Below, one piece after another: positions 1 through 9,846 of a stretch of 64,000 bases of DNA; positions within the stretch are counted from its first letter, which is position 1; every line of letters begins with the position of its first letter. The notes under the pieces were generated by a model. The model saw only the letters and a program-made list of their open reading frames with translations. It did not search any database and had not been told where the DNA came from. This stretch comes from a virus, in IMG/VR virus record IMGVR_UViG_3300026076_000002. The stretch is one strand, 5' to 3'. Made by a program: the position numbers and the translations under genes.

Positions 1-1
1 A

Positions 2-328
2 TCTGAGACATTACTTGTATCTGGAATTGCTACTGCTACATCATTTGATGGTCCAGCAACTGGGTTAAGTGGTACTCCTAATATTATAGTAGGACACAGT
101 ACTCATTATAGTATAGTTCCATCAGCAGATGATACCTATAATCTAGGTGCTAACGACAAACGTTGGGCAAACATATATTCTGCTGACATGCACTTTAGTA
201 ATAAGGGAGCATCTAACAGTGTAGATGGTACATGGGGAGACTGGACATTACAGGAAGGAGAAAATGATATCTTTATGCTTAATAATCGTACAGGTAAGAA
301 GTTTAAGATCAATCTAACAGAAGTCTAA
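2..328 (+). CDS. Tail-fibre-like protein, C-terminal fragment (5' end outside window)
   Basis: Hand translation of frame 2 is open to TAA at 326-328. It ends RWANIYSADMHFSNKGASNSVDGTWGDWTLQEGENDIFMLNNRTGKKFKINLTEV, homologous to the C-terminus of the next ORF. Confidence 0.85.
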   Translation, partial: SETLLVSGIATATSFDGPATGLSGTPNIIVGHSTHYSIVPSADDTYNLGANDKRWANIYSADMHFSNKGASNSVDGTWGDWTLQEGENDIFMLNNRTGKKFKINLTEV

Positions 329-331
329 ATA
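325..331 (+). promoter_or_regulatory. T4-type late promoter-like motif (CTAAATA)
   Basis: TAAATA core about 30 nt upstream of the fibre gene. The same core precedes other structural genes (2457-2463, 31861-31877, 47274-47281, 56075-56081, 56829-56835). Confidence 0.55.
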
Positions 332-359
332 ATAAGGTAGTATAATAGTATAATCCACT

Positions 360-2450
360 ATGTCTAGAGCCAGAGAACTGGCAAAAGCAGGTGGAACTCA
401 ACAGAGGATAGCTGGTCTATCTTCACACGTTGGTGTTTCTACTTTTGCCTCAGACGTTTATATCTATGAGGATCTCGTGGTATCTGGTGACATTAATGTC
501 ACTGGTGACATGTCATTCGATGAGCAGACAGCGACTAACTCGAAGATTACTGGAATCGGTACGATAAACGATCTCTATGTAAGTCAGAATTTTACAGTTG
601 CAGGAATTTCAACAATTCCACAAGTAATAGCTAGCACAGTTAACGCTAGTGGTATCATAACAGCAGCTGGTCTTGATATTGGCGGTAATTTTGATATTAC
701 TGGTAGTATTTTACCAAGTGCAGATAACACCTATGACTTAGGTTCAGCAGAAGCAATGTGGCGAGATGTCTACATTGGTCCTGGATCACTTTACGTTAAC
801 GGTCAGAAGGTTATTGAAGAAGATTCTTCAAACATTATCGTTAGTTGTGATGCTAACCAAAACCTAGTACTTCAAACCAGTGGGTCTGGAGACTTAGAAC
901 TTGATCCAACTGGAACAGGTGTGGTTCAGGTTAAGGGTACATTACAATTAGAAGACGGACAGAATGTTACCAACAGTGCTGGTAATGATGTCACATTTGG
1001 AAACAGAATTGCTGTTGACCAAATCATTTCTAAGACTGACGATACAAACCTAACATTATCTGGAGAAGGTACTGGTAAGGTTCGAGTTTCAGATGACTTT
1101 GAAGTTACAGGATCATCTAATTTCACAGGTGGTTTAACCATTGGAACTAATGGTGTTAGTGTAACGACTTTAAGTGCAACTGGTATTGCCACTGCAACAG
1201 GTGGTTTCGTTGGAAACTTGACTGGTAATGTCACAGGTGATGTTACAGGTGACGTAACTGGAGATCTAACAGGAGATTCAGCAGGTACTCATACGGGTGC
1301 AGTTGTTGGAGATGTTACAGGTTCTATCACTGACACAGGTGATTCTACCATAGCATATCTTAACTCAACCACTGTAAACGTTGGTGCGGGTCTGACAGTA
1401 GGAGGCAACGCAGTAGTCGAAGGTAACTTGACAGTTAATGGTACAACCACAACTGTTAACAGTACTACGATGACTGTTGATGATAAGAACATCGAACTTG
1501 GTTCGACTGCTTCACCTAGCGATGCTGGTGCAAATGGCGGTGGTATTACACTAAAGGGAGATACAGATAAAACTATAGCATGGGATTCTACAACAGGTGC
1601 TTGGGATCTATCCGAGGATGTTAATGTAGTTTCAGGTAAAAAGTTCAGTATTGCAGACACTTCAGTTCTTACTGCTACTACACTTGGATCTGGTGTTGTT
1701 AACTCTAGTTTGACTAGCGTTGGTACACTTGGATCACTTGGAGTAACGGGTACTGTTACTGCTGGTGGATTTACTGGAGACGTGACTGGTGATGTAACTG
1801 GAGACTTAACTGGTGATGTAACTGGTAACGTAACTGGTAACTTGACAGGTGATGTAACTGGTGACGTGACTGGTGATCTAACTGGTGACGTAACGGGTGA
1901 TGTAACTGGTAACCTAACTGGTACAGTTAATACAGCATCACAAACCAACATCACATCAGTTGGTACACTCGGATCACTTGCAGTAACTAACAACATCACT
2001 GTTGGTGGTACTGTTGATTCACGTGACATCGCTAGTGATGGTTCAAAACTTGATGGTATAGAATCTGGTGCTACTGCCGATCAGTCTGCTGCTGAAATTT
2101 TGACAGCAATTAAGACTGTTGACGGTGCTGGTTCTGGACTTGATGCAGATACACTTGACGGTGTAAGTTCTGGATCTTTCTTAAGATCAGACACTGCTGA
2201 TACTATGACTGGTAATCTTACCATGACTGGTAACATTACTCCATCAGCGAACGACACATATAACTGTGGTTCATCTGCTAACAGATGGGCGAACGTCTAT
2301 AGTAATGACTTAGACTTATCAAACGAAGGAAGTGCAAACGAGGTCGATGGCACTTGGGGATCTTACCTTATACAAGAGGGTGAGTCTGACCTATTCATCA
2401 TCAACAGACGTAGCGGCAAGAAATTCCGTTTCGTTGTTGAAGAAGTTTGA
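360..2450 (+). CDS. Tail fibre protein (696 aa) with TGD(V/L)/TGNV tetrapeptide repeats
   Basis: G/T/S/V-rich beta-repeat composition, VDGAGSGLDADTLDG fibre motif, and a conserved C-terminal DGTWG..QEGE domain. Confidence 0.85.
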   Translation: MSRARELAKAGGTQQRIAGLSSHVGVSTFASDVYIYEDLVVSGDINVTGDMSFDEQTATNSKITGIGTINDLYVSQNFTVAGISTIPQVIASTVNASGIITAAGLDIGGNFDITGSILPSADNTYDLGSAEAMWRDVYIGPGSLYVNGQKVIEEDSSNIIVSCDANQNLVLQTSGSGDLELDPTGTGVVQVKGTLQLEDGQNVTNSAGNDVTFGNRIAVDQIISKTDDTNLTLSGEGTGKVRVSDDFEVTGSSNFTGGLTIGTNGVSVTTLSATGIATATGGFVGNLTGNVTGDVTGDVTGDLTGDSAGTHTGAVVGDVTGSITDTGDSTIAYLNSTTVNVGAGLTVGGNAVVEGNLTVNGTTTTVNSTTMTVDDKNIELGSTASPSDAGANGGGITLKGDTDKTIAWDSTTGAWDLSEDVNVVSGKKFSIADTSVLTATTLGSGVVNSSLTSVGTLGSLGVTGTVTAGGFTGDVTGDVTGDLTGDVTGNVTGNLTGDVTGDVTGDLTGDVTGDVTGNLTGTVNTASQTNITSVGTLGSLAVTNNITVGGTVDSRDIASDGSKLDGIESGATADQSAAEILTAIKTVDGAGSGLDADTLDGVSSGSFLRSDTADTMTGNLTMTGNITPSANDTYNCGSSANRWANVYSNDLDLSNEGSANEVDGTWGSYLIQEGESDLFIINRRSGKKFRFVVEEV
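1773..1922 (+). repeat. Degenerate 12-nt tandem repeat (ACTGGTGACGTA-like) encoding TGDV/TGDL/TGNV
   Basis: Directly visible. A shorter block lies at about 1215-1325 and several blocks lie in the 56869-61608 fibre. Confidence 0.9.
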
Positions 2451-2485
2451 TCACAACTAAATAACAACAAGGAGATTAAACACAA

Positions 2486-3040
2486 ATGGCAATCTACGGA
2501 CAAGGTTCTAACATAACCCAAACCACAGATGCTACGGCTGGAACATATGGTTCTGCTAACCAAGTAGGTCAGATTACCATAGACTCGGACCAAAGGATCA
2601 GTGGTATAACAAATGTCTCTATAACAGCAAGCATCAATGCTAATGCTAGTACTGGAGATGTTGGTACGTATGCTTTCATGCAACAAGCATCTGGAAACGA
2701 TACGTACAACCCAGGCTCAACACTCGCTGGATCTTCACTAAGATACAGTGATGCAACTGGAAGACTTTACACTGGTACAACACCTTCGGGTACATGGAGA
2801 TGTATGGGATATGACTCAGGTTCTGCCTTAGTCAACTCAGGTTCTGGTACTGGTTCTGGTTCAGGTTCAGGTAACGTATCAGGTTCTGTATCTGGTAACG
2901 TATCTGTATCTGGTAAAGGATCTTACGGTTTATCTAGTGGTACTGTTAACGATGGTTCTGCCTCAGTTAACGTGAACACAAACGTATCTGTAAACACAGA
3001 AGTTGCTTACTCAGCAACACTGTGGATGCGGTATTCTTGA
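2486..3040 (+). CDS. Short fibre/fibre-tip protein with Gly/Ser-rich insertion
   Basis: GDVGTYAF...PGSTLAGSSLRY...SGTWRCMG...ATLWMRYS resembles tail-fibre C-terminal tip domains. Precedes a Tfa-like gene. Confidence 0.65.
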   Translation: MAIYGQGSNITQTTDATAGTYGSANQVGQITIDSDQRISGITNVSITASINANASTGDVGTYAFMQQASGNDTYNPGSTLAGSSLRYSDATGRLYTGTTPSGTWRCMGYDSGSALVNSGSGTGSGSGSGNVSGSVSGNVSVSGKGSYGLSSGTVNDGSASVNVNTNVSVNTEVAYSATLWMRYS

Positions 3041-3067
3041 TTCATATATACTAGGAGGTAAAAACCA

Positions 3068-3463
3068 ATGGATCAATCACCATACTACACAGTAAAGGCA
3101 GGGCGTAACCCTAAGTGGGCTAATTCTGAGCATAACATGATCGACTTAGAAGTCGATTTCATGGATTTGGTTGAGGAATGGCTACCATACTCAGCATGTG
3201 CAGACGACCCTTGCCAACATAGTAGAGAAGTATATTCTCGTGCTATCAATGGCGAGTTCGGAGAAATACAGGAGTATGAAGACTACATGAAGTGGGTTCC
3301 TGTCAACAAGACACAAATTAATGTGTCAACTGAGGGACTTGTACAGATTCTACTGGAAAAAGGAGTTCTAACTGATGAGGAAGTTGATACTATCCTCGTT
3401 GAAGAGACTTCAACAGTAGGTTTCGCACGTACATCAACAGACGGAAGAGCATACGAATATTAA
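3068..3463 (+). CDS. Tail fibre assembly chaperone (Tfa-like)
   Basis: NPKWANSEHNMIDLEVDF..WLPYSACADDP..HSREVYSRAINGEFGEI matches the N-terminal signature of tail fibre assembly proteins. Strong SD (AGGAGG). Confidence 0.65.
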   Translation: MDQSPYYTVKAGRNPKWANSEHNMIDLEVDFMDLVEEWLPYSACADDPCQHSREVYSRAINGEFGEIQEYEDYMKWVPVNKTQINVSTEGLVQILLEKGVLTDEEVDTILVEETSTVGFARTSTDGRAYEY

Positions 3464-3466
3464 ATC

Positions 3467-4459
3467 ATGAATTTTGCTGACTTATCTGATAAGTGGCATC
3501 ATTCAATCTGTAGGTATCTGGGTCTCGACTCGGATACCTATTTTTATTTTGGTGTTATGCCAGGTGTCTGCCGAGAAGTGGCTGGTAGACGTGACTTTAT
3601 GTACACAAATCCACAGTGTTTTAACAGTAAGATGGTGTACTCATGGACTGAGTACCACCATAAGAAGATAGATGACAGTAAATATGTTGACTCATATTAT
3701 GGTACGTGTCCATTCTTATGGGAGGTGGGTGCATTAGCCAGCAAGAATAACTATGAACCAAAGGGTTCACTATTCTTCTTACCAAGAGATGATCAAGTTA
3801 CTATAAGAGACTCGGATTATAGTAAGGTACAGAAAATAATAGATGAAGCACCACGCCCAGCCACGTTTCTGCTGCCATGGAGATCCTGTGATATCTGGAA
3901 GTCATGGGATAAAATAAAACTAGGTGGTGACTGTAGATTCATACAGATGAAAGATCCTGTGACCAGACAGTTTACACTAGCAGAAGCATTTTTACAACAT
4001 GAGTTCGTGTACATTCCTTGGCCTGGTACTGACATGTATTACAGTGAATTTCTTGATAAGAATACTATAATATATGATGACATAACAATGTATCGTACTA
4101 AGACTTCAGAAGAAACTGAACGTGATGAGAAGGGTAGTGTGTTGAGGTTCTTGAAGTGGGGATATGACTATCTAAATGATGTGCAGAAGGAATACTTCCA
4201 TTGGACTGAAAAGTGGAATGATATTCGTGTACAAGACAGAAAGTTCTTAGCACAAAAAATGCTAGGTCTTGATGTACTCAAGAGCCCAGCATCATTACAT
4301 GAAGATTTAACTAATAGAGGATTCTTACAACATGAACACCATTATAATCAATTCAAGAATTATCAATATGATTATTATACATCATATGAATGGTTACGTG
4401 AACGAGTAGACAACTATAAACCTAGTGACTATTGTAGTAAGATCTATAGTGCTTTGTGA
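3467..4459 (+). CDS. Hypothetical protein, possibly GT-B/capsule-modification-like
   Basis: 330-aa aromatic-rich ORF. FFLPR and YIPWPGTDMYYSEFLDK segments weakly resemble GT-B-fold motifs. Converges on the sugar operon. Confidence 0.4.
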   Translation: MNFADLSDKWHHSICRYLGLDSDTYFYFGVMPGVCREVAGRRDFMYTNPQCFNSKMVYSWTEYHHKKIDDSKYVDSYYGTCPFLWEVGALASKNNYEPKGSLFFLPRDDQVTIRDSDYSKVQKIIDEAPRPATFLLPWRSCDIWKSWDKIKLGGDCRFIQMKDPVTRQFTLAEAFLQHEFVYIPWPGTDMYYSEFLDKNTIIYDDITMYRTKTSEETERDEKGSVLRFLKWGYDYLNDVQKEYFHWTEKWNDIRVQDRKFLAQKMLGLDVLKSPASLHEDLTNRGFLQHEHHYNQFKNYQYDYYTSYEWLRERVDNYKPSDYCSKIYSAL

Positions 4460-4908
4460 GTATAACTCCTTCCTGTTAGTTTCTCAATAAATCTCTTCCA
4501 ATTATAACTAAAGAACTTACCATCTTTGATGCCTCGGTCATCCACATATAATTTTGCTCTAGGTTTACCGAAAAACAACTTCGTGTATTTTACACCCCAT
4601 GATTTGAGTTGTGCTTCAGTTCGTTCTCTAGCATGTCTATCTTGTTCTATCTGTATTTGTAGTGGATCTTCGTGTATTTTACAGGCATGTAAGAATCCAC
4701 GTGCTGTCTGTAGATATATTGTATCTCCAGCATCATACATTTCATTTATTACTGATATTCTATCTTCACGTGGTTTTGCTATCCATGGAGTACCATTATG
4801 AGGTTCAGTCAATGTACCATCTATATCAATAACATAGATGTTCTCCCTATCAAGGGGTTTAAGTGTTGACTCTGTAGTTACTCCTACTACTGGTTCATTC
4901 ATTTTCAT
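4444..4908 (-). CDS. HAD-family phosphatase (capsule-biosynthesis phosphatase-like)
   Basis: Motif I DIDGT, motif II TARG, and GKP..LYVDDR motifs III/IV. Confidence 0.85.
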   Translation of the reverse strand: MKMNEPVVGVTTESTLKPLDRENIYVIDIDGTLTEPHNGTPWIAKPREDRISVINEMYDAGDTIYLQTARGFLHACKIHEDPLQIQIEQDRHARERTEAQLKSWGVKYTKLFFGKPRAKLYVDDRGIKDGKFFSYNWKRFIEKLTGRSYTHKAL

Positions 4909-5372
4909 GGTAATTCAGGTAATTGTACACCTATGGATTCCATAAGCATATAGATTGTCCATAAAGCATTGACTTCAAATTCGTGATAATTTCTACACTT
5001 ATCTAAGGTGATAGTGTGTATAATATCATGCTTTTTGGGTGCAATTAATAATACTTTAGATCTATCTGATAATGTATTTAATGACCTAACAATATCATTA
5101 TTAAGTCTACATGTAACACCAATGAATAGATCTATATTATTATAACAATGGTCAATCCATTGTTGTTGCCATGGTACATCAGGATTGTCTGTCTGCAATG
5201 CTGTGATCTCAATAGCATTAGCAGTTACACAGAATTTACCAGTATGCCTAGCAATATCACTTGCCATGTGTTGACATATAGCAAGGTTACCACCATGTCC
5301 TATCAACCCAATACTCTTGGCATTGTTAAACATTTCTTTGGCAATATCTAAGTTAGCATTATATAAGGTCAT
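4905..5372 (-). CDS. SIS-domain sugar-phosphate isomerase (GmhA-like)
   Basis: IGHGGNLAICQHMASD resembles GmhA GNGGS..AQH.A.E; C-terminal YHEFEV. Confidence 0.7.
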   Translation of the reverse strand: MTLYNANLDIAKEMFNNAKSIGLIGHGGNLAICQHMASDIARHTGKFCVTANAIEITALQTDNPDVPWQQQWIDHCYNNIDLFIGVTCRLNNDIVRSLNTLSDRSKVLLIAPKKHDIIHTITLDKCRNYHEFEVNALWTIYMLMESIGVQLPELP

Positions 5373-6070
5373 AAATTATCCTCTACTTCTTTAATATGTT
5401 CAGGTCTATCTACTGCTCTTATCTTACCACATTCAAGATCAAATGGTATAACATTATATCTACCACAAAATCCAATAGTGTCTAACCCTTTCCAATACTT
5501 AACAAATGTCATGTCAAGGTTAGGGAAGTTTCTAATAACATCATGCCTATAGAAGTATAGTCCTAACTGAACAGTTATGTTAGAGCATACTACGTCAGGT
5601 GTACGTTGCATGTGCATTACTCTATTATTATTTTCAATCATCTTGACTACATCTTCATCTTCTAGTTCTCCTTCTTCTAACTTCCTAGATGCTTGTACCA
5701 TATCATAGTCATTAGCAATACCATGAGATATTATATCATCTATCCATGATACTCTAGTCAATGGTTCATCACCCTGAAGATTGAACACATAGTCACTCTT
5801 GATTCTATCAGCAACTTCAGCAACCCTGTGAGTACATGTATAATGCTTGTCAGTAAGCATTGACTCATACCCATGTATTTCGCATGTACGTTGTATGATC
5901 GGATCCTCAGTTGCTACTATAACCCTATCAACATACGCTGATAGTGATGCTATCTCAGCAACTCTTAGTATCATCTCACGTCCATGTATCTTAGCAAGTG
6001 GTTTACCATGAAACCTACTACTGGACATTCTTGCTGGTATTACACAGTTGATTGTTTTGCTTTTAAACAT
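5369..6070 (-). CDS. kdsB: CMP-Kdo synthetase-like cytidylyltransferase
   Basis: IPARMSSSRFHGKPLAKIHG, VIVATED, NLQGDEP, VKM, LGLYFY and AVDRPEH are hallmark KdsB motifs. Confidence 0.85.
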   Translation of the reverse strand: MFKSKTINCVIPARMSSSRFHGKPLAKIHGREMILRVAEIASLSAYVDRVIVATEDPIIQRTCEIHGYESMLTDKHYTCTHRVAEVADRIKSDYVFNLQGDEPLTRVSWIDDIISHGIANDYDMVQASRKLEEGELEDEDVVKMIENNNRVMHMQRTPDVVCSNITVQLGLYFYRHDVIRNFPNLDMTFVKYWKGLDTIGFCGRYNVIPFDLECGKIRAVDRPEHIKEVEDNL

Positions 6071-7211
6071 AGGGATTGTTCCATGATGTAGGGATAGTAC
6101 CGAATACTTTTTTATAGTGATCGTATATCGGAATGAAGTTTGGCATTACCTTATCAACAGTAGTTTGTTCAAGTGTTTCAAGATCACTTGTCCATTGGTC
6201 TCTTAGTTCTTTATACTGTGGTGCATTGTTACCTAGATCAGGGACGTAACAGTTCCTATGCAGATTTGTGATAGGAAATTCAAGAAACTTAGATAGTTCT
6301 TTGAGTGGTCTGGACAGTCTGGGATTCCATAGTTCTTCCATTATAACATGATGGACGTTCTTTTCACCAAAATACTGTACAAACTTAAGGAAGTTCTCAG
6401 CATACTTACCTACACCAAACTGACATATCTTATATGTATTGACCATTGTTATGAAATAATCATTGTGACCTTTACCCTTAGTGGACATGGTGTTATGCTT
6501 ATTCCATATTGTTACAAACTCTGGAATATCAGGTGTAGGACATTCTGGCAATATTATAGTAGAACCCAGTTCAGAGAATAACCTTCTAATAGGATCTCTA
6601 AATTCTATCAATACTTTTACATTAAAGTGTTCTCTTAATTGAGGTGCGATTCTTGCATAGAATTCTGCTGGTAGATTCATGTTGAAATTACTGAAGTCAG
6701 CAACAGCATGATAACCAGCATCCTTAATGAAATCCCAATGCCTAGTATAGTAATCAATATACTTCTCTAAGGTCATAGGATACTCAAATAACTTTTTAAG
6801 GTACTTGCTAGTATAGTGGTAAGTCTTATCAGTATACTCTATCTGAGTTTGGTAATTACTCCATTCTCTAGTATCAGTACAAAGAATACCATAAGGATTA
6901 TCATGCCATTCAGGATAGATCCCATTAGTGAGTATGTTATTATCGTATTGTCTATGCCTGTACCAGTCTCCAGATCCACGTATTCCAAAACCCCAATAGC
7001 ACACGTGTTCACCACAATGCTTACCTAGATTTTGAGTTTTGAACCAGTCACGTTCTACTGTATGCTGATAATGACATTGTGACAACCACAGTGGTTCCTT
7101 CCTATGACCTGTATGACAATATCTATTGTCACGCTGTAAGGTTAACCACATGGGTGTAGTCGCTGCCCATCCACACCCAGTATTAAGTAGTAGTGTTGGT
7201 TTATCCATCAA
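6063..7211 (-). CDS. Sulfotransferase-fold protein (family A, paralogue 1)
   Basis: N-terminal GCGWAATT loop, KE motif, AVADFS and FRDPIRRLFS (3'-phosphate-binding R..S motif). Confidence 0.65.
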   Translation of the reverse strand: MMDKPTLLLNTGCGWAATTPMWLTLQRDNRYCHTGHRKEPLWLSQCHYQHTVERDWFKTQNLGKHCGEHVCYWGFGIRGSGDWYRHRQYDNNILTNGIYPEWHDNPYGILCTDTREWSNYQTQIEYTDKTYHYTSKYLKKLFEYPMTLEKYIDYYTRHWDFIKDAGYHAVADFSNFNMNLPAEFYARIAPQLREHFNVKVLIEFRDPIRRLFSELGSTIILPECPTPDIPEFVTIWNKHNTMSTKGKGHNDYFITMVNTYKICQFGVGKYAENFLKFVQYFGEKNVHHVIMEELWNPRLSRPLKELSKFLEFPITNLHRNCYVPDLGNNAPQYKELRDQWTSDLETLEQTTVDKVMPNFIPIYDHYKKVFGTIPTSWNNPYV

Positions 7212-7232
7212 CTAACATAACCTATATTATGT

Positions 7233-7496
7233 ATGGTATACTACATAACATTAGTTATGTTAGTTTGGATGACCACATTGCCATCACTTAATGATTTATA
7301 CATGGGAGATACAGTAAGAACTACACAGGGTGATGTAGGAACAGTAGCATTTATAAGTGAGTCATACTTTACTATCCTCGTAACTAGAGGTCATCATAGA
7401 TCAAGAGATGTACATTTGCTTGTACATTGGGACAGTGCATATACTGTCACACATACTGTAGAAAACCTTTCTGATGATGATATTATAGTATCATAA
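7233..7496 (+). CDS. Small hypothetical protein (SH3-like beta-rich; start uncertain)
   Basis: GDTVRTTQGDVGTVAFISESYFTI pattern in the ORF track. Confidence 0.5.
   Translation: MVYYITLVMLVWMTTLPSLNDLYMGDTVRTTQGDVGTVAFISESYFTILVTRGHHRSRDVHLLVHWDSAYTVTHTVENLSDDDIIVS
7431..7486 (+). promoter_or_regulatory. Palindromic early-promoter cassette, copy 1
   Basis: GACAGT-gcatat-ACTGTCAC, 30 nt, TATTAT, upstream of the vWA gene. Confidence 0.7.
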
Positions 7497-7510
7497 ACAA
7501 GGAAAGAAAC

Positions 7511-9712
7511 ATGACAGTCAACATTGAGATTAAAGGAAACCTTGCTAGACTACTAGCAACTGAGGATCTAATGGTTGAGCATAAGAATGTAGAGACTGCT
7601 TCATTTAATGTAGAGTCTCGTATTCTAACACTACCACAGTGGAAGACTGCAAGTGAGTTTGTGTATGATATGCTAGTGTCACATGAAGTAGGACATGCAC
7701 TATTCACACCATGTAGAGACTGGAATAAAGAGGATGCTTATACTCAAGTACCTATGGACTATGTAAATGTAGTTGAGGATGCAAGAATTGAGAGAATGAT
7801 GAAAGAGAAGTTTGCTGGTCTTAATAGAGACTTCTTTAATGCTTACAAGGAACTACAAGATGATAACTTCTTTGAAGTAGAATTATCTGAGTTACCAACA
7901 TATACTCTTATTGATAGAATCAACCTATACTTTAAAGTTGGTCTATACTTACCAATACCATTCAATGATGATGAGTCAGAGTTTGTAACTAGAGCATCTA
8001 AGACTGAGACTTTTGATGATGTACTTGAACTATCAAGAGATATATATGAGTATGCTAAACAGCAACAGGAAACTCAAAAGCAACAAGCAACTGCTGATCC
8101 TGAAGGTCAGGATGATGTAGAGAATACTGATGGACAATCAACTGATACATCAACTGATGCACAATCTGAAGGTAGCAGTAACAATAAGACTGAGCAAGAG
8201 GAAGGTGGAGAAGATGATGATGAAATGACTGCTGGTAAGTCAGGTGGAAATAGTATTGAGGAGTCAAGAACTCAAAGAGCATTTGATAGAAATAGTGACT
8301 CTATGATTGATAGATCAGATAGTAGAGAGACCACTTATGTTAGCATACCAGACTGCAACTTAGATAAGATAGTAATACCAGTTGATGTTGTTAAAAAGTA
8401 TCTTGATGAGCATTGGAATGATATTAGAAATGATGAGTCAACTTATGATGAAGCACACCACGAGCATAAGAGAAGATATTATGAAAACTATTGCCCATTC
8501 ATGGATGCTGAGAAACAGTATACAGAGTATAAGAGATCAGCAATGAAGGAAGTTAACTACCTTGTAAAGGAGTTTGAGATGAAGAAATCTGCTAATGCTT
8601 ATGCGAGGACTGCAACTGCTAAGACTGGAGTAATTGATACATCTAAATTGCACACTTATATGTACAATGAGGATATATTTAAGAAGATCAATGTAGTTGC
8701 TGATGGCAAGAATCATGGTCTAATATTTGTACTAGACTGGAGTGGTTCAATGTCAAACATACTACATGATAGTATGAAGCAACTATTCAACTTAGTATGG
8801 TTTTGTAAGAAAGTAAACATACCATTTGAAGTATATGCTTTCAGCAATGACGCATGGTCAATAGGTATGGATGCTGAAGATTATGATAAGAGTAAGTATG
8901 CTTACAGGTATGATGATGGACTTAAACGTCAGGATCTAGTTAACAACATTAAACTTAATGATCTTTCTATTGAAGCAGCATTTCGCATGGTGACAGTATT
9001 AGACAATACATTGAACAATAGAGATCTTGATGCACAAATGAAGAATCTATGGTTGACTTCACAATCATTTAGAAATGGTGCATACCAGCATCCACATAGA
9101 TTCCACTTATCAGGTACACCACTAAATGAAGCAATTATATCTCTTAAGAGTATAACTAAGAGATTCATTGCTGAGAATCAAGTACAGAAGTCTCACATTG
9201 TTATCTTTACTGATGGAGAAGGTTATGATGCTTCATACAATAGAAAGTCTACCTATGATGATTCAATCATGGCAACTTCAGTACCATACGATAGTGCTAT
9301 TAGAGCAAATGGTAGAACATTCCATGTACTATCTAATAGATGTGACTTCACCAATAAATTGATTGAAGCAGTAAAGTCAACACTACCAGATACATCCTTC
9401 ATTGGATTTAGGGTACTTGCTACTGGAGATACTAGATCATTTACACATTACTATGCAAGGAACTTGACTGTTGAGTACATTAAAGGTGAGATCAGAAAGA
9501 AAGGATGTGTATGTGTTAAGGATCCTAAAGGTATGGATCTAATGTTTGGTCTACCTCAAAAGAATCTTAATCTTGATACAGACTTAGATGATACAATGCC
9601 AGAAAAGGATAACATCACTAAGAGCGATATATCAAGAGCATTTAGAAAGACTTTTAAAAATAAGAAGTCTAATAAAATAGTATGTCAGACTTTCATAAGT
9701 CAAATAGCATGA
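7511..9712 (+). CDS. CobT-like protein: N-terminal HExxH metallopeptidase-like domain, acidic linker, C-terminal vWA domain
   Basis: HEVGH and NVVEDARIE; MIDAS DWSGS, GTPL and IFTDGEG. Adjacent to a MoxR/CobS ATPase. Confidence 0.85.
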   Translation: MTVNIEIKGNLARLLATEDLMVEHKNVETASFNVESRILTLPQWKTASEFVYDMLVSHEVGHALFTPCRDWNKEDAYTQVPMDYVNVVEDARIERMMKEKFAGLNRDFFNAYKELQDDNFFEVELSELPTYTLIDRINLYFKVGLYLPIPFNDDESEFVTRASKTETFDDVLELSRDIYEYAKQQQETQKQQATADPEGQDDVENTDGQSTDTSTDAQSEGSSNNKTEQEEGGEDDDEMTAGKSGGNSIEESRTQRAFDRNSDSMIDRSDSRETTYVSIPDCNLDKIVIPVDVVKKYLDEHWNDIRNDESTYDEAHHEHKRRYYENYCPFMDAEKQYTEYKRSAMKEVNYLVKEFEMKKSANAYARTATAKTGVIDTSKLHTYMYNEDIFKKINVVADGKNHGLIFVLDWSGSMSNILHDSMKQLFNLVWFCKKVNIPFEVYAFSNDAWSIGMDAEDYDKSKYAYRYDDGLKRQDLVNNIKLNDLSIEAAFRMVTVLDNTLNNRDLDAQMKNLWLTSQSFRNGAYQHPHRFHLSGTPLNEAIISLKSITKRFIAENQVQKSHIVIFTDGEGYDASYNRKSTYDDSIMATSVPYDSAIRANGRTFHVLSNRCDFTNKLIEAVKSTLPDTSFIGFRVLATGDTRSFTHYYARNLTVEYIKGEIRKKGCVCVKDPKGMDLMFGLPQKNLNLDTDLDDTMPEKDNITKSDISRAFRKTFKNKKSNKIVCQTFISQIA

Positions 9713-9846
9713 CTACTCCCAACTGGCAACATAACTCAGGTAAGGATGCTAAACGCATCCTTAAACCTAGAGCATTAAAATCTGCCAAGCAACGGTTACA
9801 GGCACTTAAGAGACAGTTGCTAAACCGACCACCAAACAACTCATAA
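9709..9846 (+). CDS. Small basic hypothetical protein (45 aa, MTTPNWQHNSGK...)
   Basis: Hand translation; ATGA overlap with the upstream stop. Confidence 0.6.
   Translation: MTTPNWQHNSGKDAKRILKPRALKSAKQRLQALKRQLLNRPPNNS

Noticed and set aside
926-2029. Minus-strand ORFs rich in PVTS repeats (also 57093-61256)
   Set aside because: Antisense shadows of the TGDV fibre repeats; no independent start signals.
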